This document shows positions 31,071 through 41,142 of a stretch of DNA of 64,000 bases, piece after piece. Position 1 is the first letter of the stretch, and each line of letters begins with the position of its first letter. Made by a program: the position numbers and the translations under genes. The DNA comes from an uncultured Pseudomonadota bacterium (lineage in GTDB: Bacteria; Myxococcota_A; Polyangia; Fen-1088). The notes below the pieces were generated by a model. It saw only the letters and a list, made by a program, of their open reading frames with translations, did not search any database and was not told the DNA's origin. The stretch covers positions 1-64,000 of the forward strand of contig CAWKBC010000017.1 in assembly GCA_963847705.1 (NCBI GenBank), written 5' to 3'.

Positions 31071-31185
31071 GTGCGGGCGCGAACCATCTCGGCGCGCAAG
31101 GTCCTGCGGGTGGTCGAATTCTGCCGCGCGCGCGGGCACGACGCGGATGCGCTCTGTCGCCAGGCCGGCCTGACCGTTCCCGCGT
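31071..31185 (+). pseudogene. N-terminal remnant of an AraC-family regulator (ligand-binding domain)
   Basis: MRARTISARKVLRVVEFCRARGHDADALCRQAGL, then similarity is lost. Confidence 0.5.
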
Positions 31186-31209
31186 CGGGCCGCCGTTCAG
31201 CGAGCCTGG

Positions 31210-31401
31210 TCAGCGGGCGATCCAGCGGGCGGATGAGTAGAAGAGCGATCCGAGCCCGACGGTGAAGACGACGTCCCCGTAGAGCGCGTGCTCGATCGAG
31301 ACGAGCAGGGTGGAGCGCGACCGCTCATAAGTCGACGCCAACAGCAGCCCGGCGACGGCGGCCAGGGGGATGGCGGCCAGATCGTTCACCACCACGTGCG
31401 G
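31210..31401 (-). pseudogene. C-terminal remnant of a CPBP/Abi intramembrane protease
   Basis: HVVVND..GLLLASTYERSRSTLLVSIEHALYGDVVFTVGLG; in-frame stop just upstream. Confidence 0.55.
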
Positions 31402-31468
31402 TCAAACGACGATTCGCTGACGCCGGCAACTGTTGCAGGCCGCTGCCGCGCCAGGCACGATTGGCGGC

Positions 31469-32665
31469 ATGTCGGAGAAACGGCCGGGACGTTGGGGCCG
31501 CCGACTGCGAATGTTCGTCGGTCTCGTCGTCGCGCTGCTCGTCACGTTGGTGGTCCTGACCTGGATCTCGACCGACCACTTCCGTTCGTTCGGCGGCGCG
31601 CCTGCCGGCGAGCGGCTCGAGCGGATGCGCGCCTCTCGGCAGTTCGTGGACGGAAAGTTCCAGAACGCCGAGCCGACCAGCCTGATGGCGCCCAGCTCTT
31701 ACTGGGGCGCCTTCAAGCGGTGGCTGTTCGGCAAGGAGATGCGCGTCCCGACCTGCCCGCTGCCGCTGGTGACCGACACGGCGGCGCGCCTGGCGGCGCC
31801 GTCGGCCTCGGGCCTGCGCGTCACCTGGCTCGGCCACTCGACCACCCTCATCGAGATCGACGGCGCCCGCATCCTGACCGATCCGATGTGGGGCGAGCGC
31901 GCGTCGCCGTCGCGCTGGGTCGGCCCGAGCCGCATGCACCGGCCGCCGCTGGCGCTGGCCGATCTGCCGCCCATCGACGCCGTCCTCGTCTCGCACGAGC
32001 ACTATGACCACCTCGACATGGGGACGATCGAGGCGCTCGGCGCCCGCGGCGTCACCTTCCACGTCCCGCTGGGCGTCGGCGCGCACCTGGCGGCCTGGGG
32101 AATCCCGGCCGCGCAGATCGTCGAGCACGACTGGTGGCAGGACGCCACGATTGCCGGCGGCGTGCGCATCGTGTCGACGCCGGCGCGCCACTTCAACGGA
32201 CGGGGGATCCCCTGGCGGGTGGGGGCGCTGTGGACCTCCTGGTCGATCGTGGGGCCGCACCACCGGCTGTTCTTCAGCGGCGACACCGGCCTCACCGACG
32301 GATTCTCCGAGGTGGCGCGGCGCGAGGGTCCCTTCGACGTCGCGATGCTGGAGATCGGCCAGTACCACGAGAGCTGGGGGACGATTCACCTCGGTCCGGC
32401 GGGCGCGCTGGAGGCGTTTGCGCGCCTGAACGCCAAGACGCTGATCCCGATTCACTGGGGGACGTTCGTGCTGGCGTACCACGCCTGGTCCGAGCCGGCG
32501 GAGACCCTGGTCGACGAGGCGCAGAAGCGCGGCGTCTCCGTGCTGACGCCCCGGCTGGGCGAGCCAATCGAACCGGTCACGGCGAGCGGGGCCCCGTCGC
32601 CCCCGTCGACCACGGCGCGCTGGTGGCGCGCGCTGCCCCCGCTCGCGGCCAAATGCCCTGAGTGA
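31469..32665 (+). CDS. MBL-fold metallohydrolase (NAPE-PLD/RomA-like)
   Basis: TWLGHST; LTDPMW; SHEHYDHLD; FSGDTG; PIHWGTF. Confidence 0.9.
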   Translation: MSEKRPGRWGRRLRMFVGLVVALLVTLVVLTWISTDHFRSFGGAPAGERLERMRASRQFVDGKFQNAEPTSLMAPSSYWGAFKRWLFGKEMRVPTCPLPLVTDTAARLAAPSASGLRVTWLGHSTTLIEIDGARILTDPMWGERASPSRWVGPSRMHRPPLALADLPPIDAVLVSHEHYDHLDMGTIEALGARGVTFHVPLGVGAHLAAWGIPAAQIVEHDWWQDATIAGGVRIVSTPARHFNGRGIPWRVGALWTSWSIVGPHHRLFFSGDTGLTDGFSEVARREGPFDVAMLEIGQYHESWGTIHLGPAGALEAFARLNAKTLIPIHWGTFVLAYHAWSEPAETLVDEAQKRGVSVLTPRLGEPIEPVTASGAPSPPSTTARWWRALPPLAAKCPE

Positions 32666-32671
32666 GTGGGG

Positions 32672-33883
32672 CTACGTCGCCGCGCCCGGAGCGCGGTCCG
32701 GGGGCCAGTCGGCGTCGCGGACGCCACCGGTCTGCAGGTCGCGCAGGGGATAGCGTGTGCCGCGCCAGATCACCGCGCCGCGCAGCGTGGCGGAGAGCGC
32801 GCTCGTCAGCGCGACGAGCGCCAGGCAGAGGCCCGCGAAGGGCAGCAGCAGACCTTCGGTCCCCCGCCCACCCGCCAGGCGGCGGGCGTTCGCGCCTTGC
32901 AGCACCAGGGGAACCGCGAACGCGGCGGCGCCCAGCAGCCGGACGCCGGCGCCCGGGCCGAGCGCCAGGCAGAGCGCGGGGAACGTCGTGGCCAGCGGGA
33001 TCAGCAGCAGCGTCCGGAGCGTCCCCAGCCAGCGAAACTCCAGGCCGGCGAAGAAGTTCTTCACCAGGCCGCGCATCGACGCCACGAATCCCCGTTGCCA
33101 GCGCACGCGCACCAGGCCGCCGGAGTCGGCGCACCCCTGGCGCACGCCGCTGCGCCGCAACACGAGGCCCAGCTTCACGTCGTCGGCGACCTCCAGCCGC
33201 AGGCGCTGGTGCCCGCCGATCGACAGATAGGCGTCGCGGCGGACCAGGTTGAAGGCGCCGATGCCGATGTGCGCGCGGCTGCCGGCGCGGTCGAGGTTGT
33301 CGATCCGCAGATCGAGCAGCAGGAACATCGCGAACAGCGACACGAAGCTCCGCTCGAAAAACCCGGGGGCCACGAAGTGCGGGAGCGCCACCGCGTGCCC
33401 CAGCCCGTCGCGGAGCGCCCAGACGATCGCGCGCCGCAGGGTCTCCGGCGCGAACACCACGTCGGCGTCGGTGAAGAGCAGCCAGTCGCCGCTCGCCCCC
33501 GCCGCGCCCTGCTGGAGGGCGTTGGTCTTTCCGAGCCAGCCGGCCGGCAGCTCGTCGACGCGCACGACGCGCAGGGCAGGGTGGTGGGCGGCGACCTCAC
33601 GCAGGATCTCGCCGGTGGCGTCGTCCGACCGGTCATCGACCACGACCACCTCGTAGGAGGGGTAGTCCTGGGCCAGCAGCGAGGTGAGCGCCTGGCGGAC
33701 ACCCGCCTCTTCGTTTCGGCAGGCGACCACCACCGAGATCCGCGGCCAGGCGATCCCGTCGGGGAGCGCCTTCGCGCCGCGCGCCAGGTTGGGGAGCCGT
33801 CCGACGCGAGCCCAGATCCAGGCGAAGCGCAGCCAGACGAGCAGAACGCCCGCCAGCAGCACGGTCGAAATCAGCGCCCTCAC
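32672..33883 (-). CDS. Family 2 glycosyltransferase with membrane segments
   Basis: VACRNEE; VDDRSDD; GWLGK; FTDAD; ADDVKLG; WRGTRY. Confidence 0.9.
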   Translation of the reverse strand: MRALISTVLLAGVLLVWLRFAWIWARVGRLPNLARGAKALPDGIAWPRISVVVACRNEEAGVRQALTSLLAQDYPSYEVVVVDDRSDDATGEILREVAAHHPALRVVRVDELPAGWLGKTNALQQGAAGASGDWLLFTDADVVFAPETLRRAIVWALRDGLGHAVALPHFVAPGFFERSFVSLFAMFLLLDLRIDNLDRAGSRAHIGIGAFNLVRRDAYLSIGGHQRLRLEVADDVKLGLVLRRSGVRQGCADSGGLVRVRWQRGFVASMRGLVKNFFAGLEFRWLGTLRTLLLIPLATTFPALCLALGPGAGVRLLGAAAFAVPLVLQGANARRLAGGRGTEGLLLPFAGLCLALVALTSALSATLRGAVIWRGTRYPLRDLQTGGVRDADWPPDRAPGAAT

Positions 33884-33958
33884 GGGGGATGTCTACCGCG
33901 GATCGTTCGGCGGGCGGGAGCCTGTCTCCCCGCCCGCGTGGTCTGCTATAGAGGCCAG

Positions 33959-35302
33959 ATGAGGTTGCTGGATCCGGGATCTGTCCGTCACCGTCGCACC
34001 GTCGGCGCGGCGCTCGGAGTCTTCGCGGTCGCGGTTGCGGTCACGGCGGCGGCAGCCGAGCTGGCGGCGCCCCCGCCCGAGGCGCCCCAGCCGCCGGAGC
34101 CGGCACCGGAGAAGATCACCTTGGGCGATGCCGTCTCCCGCGCGCTCGCCCGCAACCCGTCGGTCGCCGTGGCGCTCTCGGAGATCGATCGGGCCGACGC
34201 GCTGATCAAGCAGGCCCGCTCCGGCTGGTATCCGACGTTGAGCGGTTACGCCTCCTACACCCGACTCGATCACGATCGCGTCTTCAACGGCGTCCGCGAG
34301 CTGTCGGCCAACGAGGTGGCCGCCAACCTGACGCTGACCGTCCCGCTGGTGTCGGCGCCGGCCTGGATCAACACCCGGCTGGCCAGGGACAACCGCCGCA
34401 TCACCGAGGCGAGCGCAGCCGACGTGCGCCGGCAGGTGGCGCAGGCGACGGCGCGCGCCTATCTGACGGTGGTCACCCAGCACCGCCTCATCGCCGCCGC
34501 CGAGACGGCGCGCGCCAACGCCAAGGACCACTTCGACTACGCGCACACCCGGTTCGCCGGGGGGATCGGGCGCAGCATCGATGAGGTGCGGGCCCAGCAG
34601 GATCTGGCCAGCGTCGACGTACAGGTGCAACAGACCTACTTCGGCCTGGCGCACGCGCGGGAGGCGCTGGGCGTGCTGCTGGCCGCCTCGGCGCCGATCG
34701 ATTCGGTCGATGACGTCGACCTCGGCGCGATGCCGTCGCTGGTGAGCGCGCTGCAGGAGGCGCCCTCGCGCCGCCCGGACATCCGGGTCCTGTCCGAGAA
34801 GGTGGTCACCGCGAAGCAGGCCGCCGACGACGTCTGGGCCTTCTACGCCCCCTTCTTGAGCCTGGTCGGTGAGCCGTTCATTCAGCGTCCGCCCACCGTG
34901 CTGCAGCCGGGGACCGGCTGGCAGGCGCAGGTGGTCCTGTCGCTGCCGATCTACGACGGCGGCCAGCGGTCGGGCGTCTCGCACGAGCGGAACGCTCTGC
35001 TCGCCGAGTCGCGCGCCAACCTCGACGCGGGGTTGCGCCAGGCGCAGTCGGACGTGCGGGTCAGCTTCGAGGAGATGCTGCGCGCCGACCAGGGGCTCGG
35101 CTCGGCGCGCGACGCCGCCCGCCTGGCGCACAAGGCCTACGACCTGGCGACGCTCGCCTACCGCGCCGGCGCCAGCACCAACATCGAGGTGCTCGACGCC
35201 GCCCGCCAGGCCCGCGACGCCGACACCGCCACCGCCCAGGCCGAGGACCTGTCGCGCCAGGCCCGCCTCGACCTGCTGGTCTCCGCGGGCCGGTTCCCTT
35301 AG
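33959..35302 (+). CDS. TolC family outer membrane efflux protein
   Basis: ITLGDAVSRALARNP; LSLPIYDGG; AYRAGASTNIEVLDA. Confidence 0.88.
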   Translation: MRLLDPGSVRHRRTVGAALGVFAVAVAVTAAAAELAAPPPEAPQPPEPAPEKITLGDAVSRALARNPSVAVALSEIDRADALIKQARSGWYPTLSGYASYTRLDHDRVFNGVRELSANEVAANLTLTVPLVSAPAWINTRLARDNRRITEASAADVRRQVAQATARAYLTVVTQHRLIAAAETARANAKDHFDYAHTRFAGGIGRSIDEVRAQQDLASVDVQVQQTYFGLAHAREALGVLLAASAPIDSVDDVDLGAMPSLVSALQEAPSRRPDIRVLSEKVVTAKQAADDVWAFYAPFLSLVGEPFIQRPPTVLQPGTGWQAQVVLSLPIYDGGQRSGVSHERNALLAESRANLDAGLRQAQSDVRVSFEEMLRADQGLGSARDAARLAHKAYDLATLAYRAGASTNIEVLDAARQARDADTATAQAEDLSRQARLDLLVSAGRFP

Positions 35303-35338
35303 ACGGCCCGCAGACGGACGGCGGTCGGAGGCGCGCCG

Positions 35339-36061
35339 TCAGACCATCGACGGGCGCGCGCCGAAGATGGCGGTCCCGACGCGGACGATGGTCGCTCCCT
35401 CGGCGATGGCGACCTCCAGGTCGCCGCTCATCCCCATCGACAGCTCGCGCAGCGCCACGTTCGGTCGCGCGCGGGCGGCCTCCCAATCGCGGAGCGCGCG
35501 CAGCGCCGCGAAGTGCGGGCGCGCGTCCTCGGGGTCGTCGGTGAACGGCGGGATCACCATCAGGCCGGCGCAGGTGACGTGCGACAGCGCGGCGAACCGG
35601 TCGAGCAGCTCAGGGAGCTCGCCGGGCGCGAGGCCGCGCTTCTGGGCCTCGCCGGCGACGTTGACCTGCACCAGGCAGGCCTGCGGAACCCCCCGCGCCT
35701 CGATCGCCTCCAGCAGCGCCCCCGAATCGACGGTGTGCACCAGCGCGACCTGCCCGGCGACGTACTTGACCTTGTTGCTCTGCAGCGGGCCGATGTAGTG
35801 CCACTCGGGCGGGTGCGGCAGCGTCCGATCTTGGGCCAGCGCCGCCCGCTTGTCGCGCAGCTCCTGCGCGTAGTTCTCGCCGAAGGCGCGCTGGCCGGCG
35901 GCGAGCGCGGCGCGCACGTCGTCGGCGGTCATCTTCTTGCTGACTGCCAGCAGGCGCACGGAGTCGGGGGCGCGGCCGGCGGCCCGCTCGGCGGCGGCGA
36001 TCCGCTCCCGAACCTGGGCCAGCCCGTCCGCGATCGCCTGGGCGCGCGACATCGGTTTCAT
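35339..36061 (-). CDS. yggS: PLP homeostasis protein YggS
   Basis: LLAVSK; FGENYAQE; HYIGPLQSNK; LSMGMSGD; VRVGTAIFG. Confidence 0.93.
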   Translation of the reverse strand: MKPMSRAQAIADGLAQVRERIAAAERAAGRAPDSVRLLAVSKKMTADDVRAALAAGQRAFGENYAQELRDKRAALAQDRTLPHPPEWHYIGPLQSNKVKYVAGQVALVHTVDSGALLEAIEARGVPQACLVQVNVAGEAQKRGLAPGELPELLDRFAALSHVTCAGLMVIPPFTDDPEDARPHFAALRALRDWEAARARPNVALRELSMGMSGDLEVAIAEGATIVRVGTAIFGARPSMV

Positions 36062-36693
36062 CACGCGGAGGGCGAGGCGCGGAAGCCGGCCGCCGGATAG
36101 CGCGGCAGCGCGCCGAGCGCGAGCAGATCCGCCAGCACCTCGGCCAGCGGCAGGCCGATCACGTTGGTCAATGAGCCGCGCAGCTCGGTGATGAAGGCGG
36201 CGGCGATCCCCTGCACGGCGTAGCCGCCTGCCTTGTCGCGCCACTCGCCGGACGCCACGTAGGCCTCCAGCTCCGCGGGCTGCAGCGCCCGCATCGCGAC
36301 CATCGTCGTCACCGCGCGGTCGAGCCGGCGCGCGCCGAACCGCAGCGTGTAGGCGGTGACGACCTCGTGCCGCCGCCCCGCCAGCCGCCCCAGCATCGCG
36401 CGCGCGCCGTCGGCGTCTGCCGGCTTGCCCAGGATCGCGCTCTCGATGACCACCGTGGTGTCGGCGCCCAGGACCGCCTGCTGGCGCTCGGGCGCCAGGC
36501 GGTCGGCCACCGCGTCGCACTTGGCGGCGGCGACCCGGCGCGCGTAGTCCGCCGGCTTCTCGCCCGCCTGGGGCGTCTCGTCGACGTCCGCCGGGACGAC
36601 CTCCAGCAAAAGGCCCATCCGCTCGAGGAGCTCGCGCCGGCGCGGAGATGCCGAGGCCAACAGGAGATCGGGCAGCTCTGGTGTCGAAGACAT
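36061..36693 (-). CDS. maf: Maf nucleotide pyrophosphatase
   Basis: LASASPRRRELL; ADTTV; DKAGGYAVQG; NVIGLP. Confidence 0.93.
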   Translation of the reverse strand: MSSTPELPDLLLASASPRRRELLERMGLLLEVVPADVDETPQAGEKPADYARRVAAAKCDAVADRLAPERQQAVLGADTTVVIESAILGKPADADGARAMLGRLAGRRHEVVTAYTLRFGARRLDRAVTTMVAMRALQPAELEAYVASGEWRDKAGGYAVQGIAAAFITELRGSLTNVIGLPLAEVLADLLALGALPRYPAAGFRASPSA

Positions 36694-36749
36694 CGGCGGG
36701 CTTTTACCACGCAGACAACCTTGGCGAGCGCCGTCCGAGAACGCGGGGC

Positions 36750-37964
36750 ATGTCCGCCCCGGTCACGCTTCTCGTTCTCGTCCTTCTCGCCTCGTTCGAT
36801 CTTGGCTGCAGACCCGAGACCGATCTCACCAACGTCACGGCGACCGGGGCGACGCCACCGACACCCACCGGGCCGGCGGGCGCCACCCTGGTCGATCCCG
36901 CAGCCGGAGCGACCGAGGTGCCGGTCAACCTGGCGGGCGTCGTGGTCCATTTTCCGGCTGCGCTCAGCTGGGGGACGGGCGGTCTGGTGGTGTGCAACGG
37001 CGAGGGCACGCCCGTGCCGGTCTCTGCGCCCGCCCAGACCCCCTGCGCCGACGGAGGGGGCGGCGCCTGTTACCGCGTCGAGCTGGCGGGGAGCCTGCCG
37101 CCCAGCACCTCGTGCGCCGTCTCGATCGCGGCGGGGGCGGTCGACGCCAGCGGCGCGCCGGTGGGCGCCGGGACCATCGGCGTGTTCGAGGACGCCGACG
37201 CGCCCGACGTGACGCCGCCCGTTCTGTCGGGCGTCGCGGCTGCCTCGGCCGGTCCGTGCCTGGACGTCACCTTCGCGACCGACGAGCCGGCGACCGGGAC
37301 CATCGTCATCCAGGCCGGCGGCGTGGAGATCGACACGCCGGCCGGCGCGGGGACCACCAGCTTCGACGTCGGCATTCCCCTGGGAGCGCTGCCACCCTCG
37401 ACCGCCGCCACTGTCACCGTTCAGGCGACCGATCTGGCCGGCAACGCGGCGGTCTCGGCGCCAGTCGCCTTCACCACGCCGGTCGCGCTGCCACCCATCG
37501 CCATCACCGAGGTGCTGGCCAATCCGGCCGGCCCGGAGCCGCAGCAGGAGTACGTCGAGCTGCGCAATCTCGGCGGCGCCGACCTGCCGCTCGGCGGGCT
37601 GCGGCTGCAGGACAGCAAGGGGGGCGACGATTTGCCGGCCGAGACGCTGGCGGCGGGCGGCTACGCGCTGGTCGTCACCGCGACCTACGATCCCGAGGAG
37701 GGGAGCGATCCCGCGCCCCGGGCTGGCACGCTGCTCCTGCGGGTCGACACGCGGCTCGGCGCCGATGGGCTGTCCAACTCGGGTGAGGTCGTGCAGCTCG
37801 TCCTCGGGGATGCGATCGTCTCCAGCTACGGCGGTTGGGTCTCCGTCGCGGCCGGCAGCTGGAACGGCAAGGCCGTTCACCGGCTGGTCCAGACCGCCTG
37901 CGACAGTGCCAGTGCCTGGAACCACACCCCGCTGCCACCCACGCCCGGGGCAGGACCGCCGTGA
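36750..37964 (+). CDS. Lipoprotein with Ig-like and lamin-tail domains
   Basis: DLGC lipobox; ITEVLANP..EYVELRN..LSNSGE. Confidence 0.78.
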   Translation: MSAPVTLLVLVLLASFDLGCRPETDLTNVTATGATPPTPTGPAGATLVDPAAGATEVPVNLAGVVVHFPAALSWGTGGLVVCNGEGTPVPVSAPAQTPCADGGGGACYRVELAGSLPPSTSCAVSIAAGAVDASGAPVGAGTIGVFEDADAPDVTPPVLSGVAAASAGPCLDVTFATDEPATGTIVIQAGGVEIDTPAGAGTTSFDVGIPLGALPPSTAATVTVQATDLAGNAAVSAPVAFTTPVALPPIAITEVLANPAGPEPQQEYVELRNLGGADLPLGGLRLQDSKGGDDLPAETLAAGGYALVVTATYDPEEGSDPAPRAGTLLLRVDTRLGADGLSNSGEVVQLVLGDAIVSSYGGWVSVAAGSWNGKAVHRLVQTACDSASAWNHTPLPPTPGAGPP

Positions 37965-38037
37965 ATCGGTTGCCGCGCTGTCGCTTGTGTCACTTGTGAC
38001 GTTTGCGCTGGCTGATAGCGTAGCGCGCGCCCCCGAG

Positions 38038-38847
38038 ATGCTCGACCTCGACGCCTACTTCGCCCGCATTGGTTACGCGGGAGCGCGCGCGCCGACGTTG
38101 GCGACGCTGCACGCGCTCACGGCGGCCCACACGCAGGCGATCCCGTTCGAGAACCTGGACGTGCTGCTCGGGCGCCCGATCGAGCTCGGCGCGGACGCCG
38201 TCTTCGACAAGCTGGTCCGGCGGGGACGGGGCGGCTACTGCTTCGAGCAGAACGGGCTTTTTCTTCAGGTGCTGGAGGCGATGGGGTTCCGCGTCCAGCC
38301 CCGCGGCGCCCGCGTCCGCATCGATCGCACGCGCGCCGAAACGCCGCCGCGGACGCACATGTTCCTGCAGGTGGAGATCGACGGCGCGCGCTGGCTGACC
38401 GATGTGGGGGTGGGCGGGCTCTCCCTCACCGCGGCGCTTCGCCTGGATTCCCCGGGAGAGCAGGCGACGCCGCACGAGCCGCGCCGGATCATCCGGGAAG
38501 ACGGGCGATGGTTCCACCAGGCCCTCCTCGGCGGGGCGTGGACCGACGTCTACGAGTTCACCTACGAGGACATGCCGCCCATCGATCGCGAGGTGGCCAA
38601 CTGGTTCACCAGCGCGCACCCGGGGTCGCACTTCAAGAATCGCCTCATCGTGGCCCGCGCCGCGCCGGACGGCCGCCGTCTGACGCTGGTCAACGGCGAG
38701 CTCAAGGTTCGCGGCCGGGACGGGCGGGCGGAGGCGCGCCCGGTCGCCTCGGCGGAGGCGCTGCTGACCCTGCTGCAGGCCGAATTTGGCTTGAGATTTC
38801 CCGCGGAAACCCGGTTCGGACCACCCGGTTCCCCCTGGCCCTCGTGA
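38038..38847 (+). CDS. Arylamine N-acetyltransferase family protein
   Basis: IPFENLD; RGGYCFEQN; THM; DVGVGG (Cys-His-Asp triad). Confidence 0.92.
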   Translation: MLDLDAYFARIGYAGARAPTLATLHALTAAHTQAIPFENLDVLLGRPIELGADAVFDKLVRRGRGGYCFEQNGLFLQVLEAMGFRVQPRGARVRIDRTRAETPPRTHMFLQVEIDGARWLTDVGVGGLSLTAALRLDSPGEQATPHEPRRIIREDGRWFHQALLGGAWTDVYEFTYEDMPPIDREVANWFTSAHPGSHFKNRLIVARAAPDGRRLTLVNGELKVRGRDGRAEARPVASAEALLTLLQAEFGLRFPAETRFGPPGSPWPS

Positions 38848-38895
38848 GCGAAAAAGTTGGCGGCCGGCGCGGCCGCCGTGACTATGATAGCCGGC

Positions 38896-39645
38896 ATGTC
38901 TGGTCACAATCGCTGGAGCAAGATCAAGCACAAGAAAGAGGCTTCCGACTCCAAGAAGTCGAAGGTCTGGACGAAGCTCATCAAGGAGCTGACGGTCTCG
39001 GCGCGCTCCGGCGGCGGTGACATCAACGGCAACCCGCGCTTGCGGACGGCGGTCGACAAGGCCCGCGCCGAGAACATGCCGAACGACACCATCGATCGCG
39101 CCATCAAGAAGGGGACCGGCGATCTCGAGGGGGTCAGCTACGAGGAGTTCAACTACGAGATCTTCGGCCCTGGCGGCACGGCGGTGCTGGCCGAGATCAT
39201 GACCGACAACCGCAACCGGACGGCCGGCGAAGTTCGCAGCCTCATCGCCCGGCACGGCGGCAACCTGGGCGCCTCGGGCTCGGTGGCCTACATGTTCAAG
39301 AAGCAGGGCATGATCGTGTTCGAGGCGGCCGCCGTGAACGAGGACAAGGTGACCGAGCTGGCGATCGAGCTGGGGGCCGAGGACATCAAGACCGAGGGGG
39401 AGTCGCTGATCGTGGTGACCGACCCCAAGAGCTTCGAGGCGATCCGCGAGGGCCTGAAGAAGGGGGGGCTTCCGGAGCCGCACCAGGCCGAGGTCACCAT
39501 GGTCCCGCAGACGGTCGTGAAGCTGACCGGCCGGGACGCCGAGGTCGCCGTGAAGCTGGTCGCCGTGCTGGAAGACAACGACGACGTGCAGAACGTCTAT
39601 TCGAACATGGACGTCGACGACTCCGTCCTGGAGAGCGTCGGCTGA
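38896..39645 (+). CDS. yebC: YebC/PmpR family protein
   Basis: MSGHNRWSKIKHKK; TDNRNRT; DDVQNVYSN. Confidence 0.95.
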   Translation: MSGHNRWSKIKHKKEASDSKKSKVWTKLIKELTVSARSGGGDINGNPRLRTAVDKARAENMPNDTIDRAIKKGTGDLEGVSYEEFNYEIFGPGGTAVLAEIMTDNRNRTAGEVRSLIARHGGNLGASGSVAYMFKKQGMIVFEAAAVNEDKVTELAIELGAEDIKTEGESLIVVTDPKSFEAIREGLKKGGLPEPHQAEVTMVPQTVVKLTGRDAEVAVKLVAVLEDNDDVQNVYSNMDVDDSVLESVG

Positions 39646-39650
39646 GCACC

Positions 39651-39974
39651 GCGCGGACGGAGTCGGGCTTGGCCCGGCGGAGTCCATCGCGGGAGGGTGC
39701 GGGAACCCTCCCAGGGGTCCCGCGTACAGATGCGCGGACGGAGCCGGGCTTGGCCCGGCGGAGTCCATCGCGGGAGGGTGCGGGAACCCTCCCAGGGGTC
39801 CCGCGTACAGATGCGCGGACGGAGCCGGGCTTGGCCCGGCGGAGTCCATCGCGGGAGGGTGCGGGAACCCTCCCAGGGGTCCCGCGTACAGCTGTCCGGA
39901 CGGAGCCGGGCTTGGCCCGGCGGAGTCCATCGCGGGAGGGTGCGGGAACCCTCCCAGGGGTCCCGCGTACAGAT
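39651..39974. repeat. Tandem array of 4 x 81 bp hairpin-rich units between yebC and ruvC
   Basis: Units start at 39651, 39732, 39813 and 39894 and are nearly identical. Confidence 0.95.
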
Positions 39975-39977
39975 GCC

Positions 39978-40529
39978 ATGCCGGGACGGGGCGCGCCGCG
40001 GGCGTCGGAGCGCGCGGCGCTCCGCATCCTCGGCATCGACCCCGGGTCGTTGCGGCTCGGATATGGGGTCGTGGAGTGCGCCCGGGGCGGCGCCACGGTC
40101 GCCTACATCGAGTGCGGCGTGATCTCGGCCCCGCCGCGCGATCCGCGCGCCATGCGCCTCGGGGAGATCGGGCGCGGGCTGCGCGAGCTCATCGAGGAGG
40201 TGCGCCCCGACGTGGTGGCGATGGAGGAGGCGTTCTTCGGCGTCAACGTGCAGTCGACGCTGGCGCTGGGCGAGGCGCGCGGCGTGGCGCTGTTCATCGC
40301 CGCCGAGCACGGGCTGACGGTGACCGGCTACCCGCCGGCGACCGTCAAGAAGTCGGTCGTCGGGCACGGGCGCGCCACCAAGGAGCAGATCGGCTTTCTG
40401 GTGCGCGCGCTGCTGTCGTTGCGTCGCACGCCCGAGCCCGACGCGGCCGACGCGCTGGCGATCGCCATCTGCCACGCCCGAAGCATGCCGCCCGAGCGGC
40501 GGCCCCGCGTGTTGCGGGGCGGGCGATGA
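39978..40529 (+). CDS. ruvC: Holliday junction resolvase RuvC
   Basis: ILGIDPG; AMEEAF; LGEARGV; VKKSVVGHGRATKEQ; DAADALAIA. Confidence 0.93.
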   Translation: MPGRGAPRASERAALRILGIDPGSLRLGYGVVECARGGATVAYIECGVISAPPRDPRAMRLGEIGRGLRELIEEVRPDVVAMEEAFFGVNVQSTLALGEARGVALFIAAEHGLTVTGYPPATVKKSVVGHGRATKEQIGFLVRALLSLRRTPEPDAADALAIAICHARSMPPERRPRVLRGGR

Positions 40530-41139
40530 TCGCGTTTTTGCGCGGGGAGCTGCTGGAGATCGACGGCGAGGCTGCCGTCGTCGACGTGGCCGGCGTCGGC
40601 TATCAAGTGCTGGTGAGCGCCTCGACGGCGGCGGCGCTGGCGGTGGCGCCACCGCGCGGCGAGACGCGCCTTTACGTGCATACCCACTTCGTCAAAGACG
40701 AGCCGCTCCGTCTCTACGGCTTCGCCGACCTGGGTGAGCGCGGGCTCTTCCAGACCCTCATCAGCGTGCAGGGGGTGGGGCCGCGCGTGGCGCTGGCGAT
40801 CCTGGCCGGCATCGAGGCGGGCGAGCTGGTGCGCGCCATCGCCACCGGTGACGTCGGGCGGCTGACGCAGGTCAAAGGGGTGGGGCGCAAGACCGCCGAG
40901 CGGCTGGCGCTGGAGCTGCGCGAGAAGATCCTGACGCTGCCGGTGGGGAAGGGCGTGGTCCTCGCGCCCCCGCCCGCGCGCGGTGAGCCGCCGAGCGGGC
41001 CGCTCGGCGACGTGTACGGCGCGCTGGTGCAACTCGGCTACAAGCCGGGGAGATCGAGCCGCTGCTCGAGCGCCTCGACCCGGCGCGCCCCGTCACCGAT
41101 CTGGTGCGTGAAGCGCTGGGCGCCCTGCGGAGGCAATAG
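40526..41139 (+). CDS. ruvA: Holliday junction branch migration protein RuvA; -1 frameshift near 41047-41050
   Basis: MIAFLRG; GVGY; LYGF; GVGPR; GVGRKTAERL; adding one G gives ..GEIEPLL..LVREALGALRRQ*. Confidence 0.92.
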
Positions 41140-41142
41140 AGC

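Noticed and set aside
32666-33958. N-terminal extension of the TolC ORF (878 aa)
   Set aside because: Antisense shadow of the glycosyltransferase; TolC starts at about 33959.
37990-39930. 646-aa minus-strand ORF with 27-aa repeats
   Set aside because: Translation of the DNA repeat plus the antisense of yebC and the acetyltransferase.
39651-39974. Possible CRISPR array
   Set aside because: Whole 81-bp units are near-identical, with no unique spacers; no cas genes or AT-rich leader.
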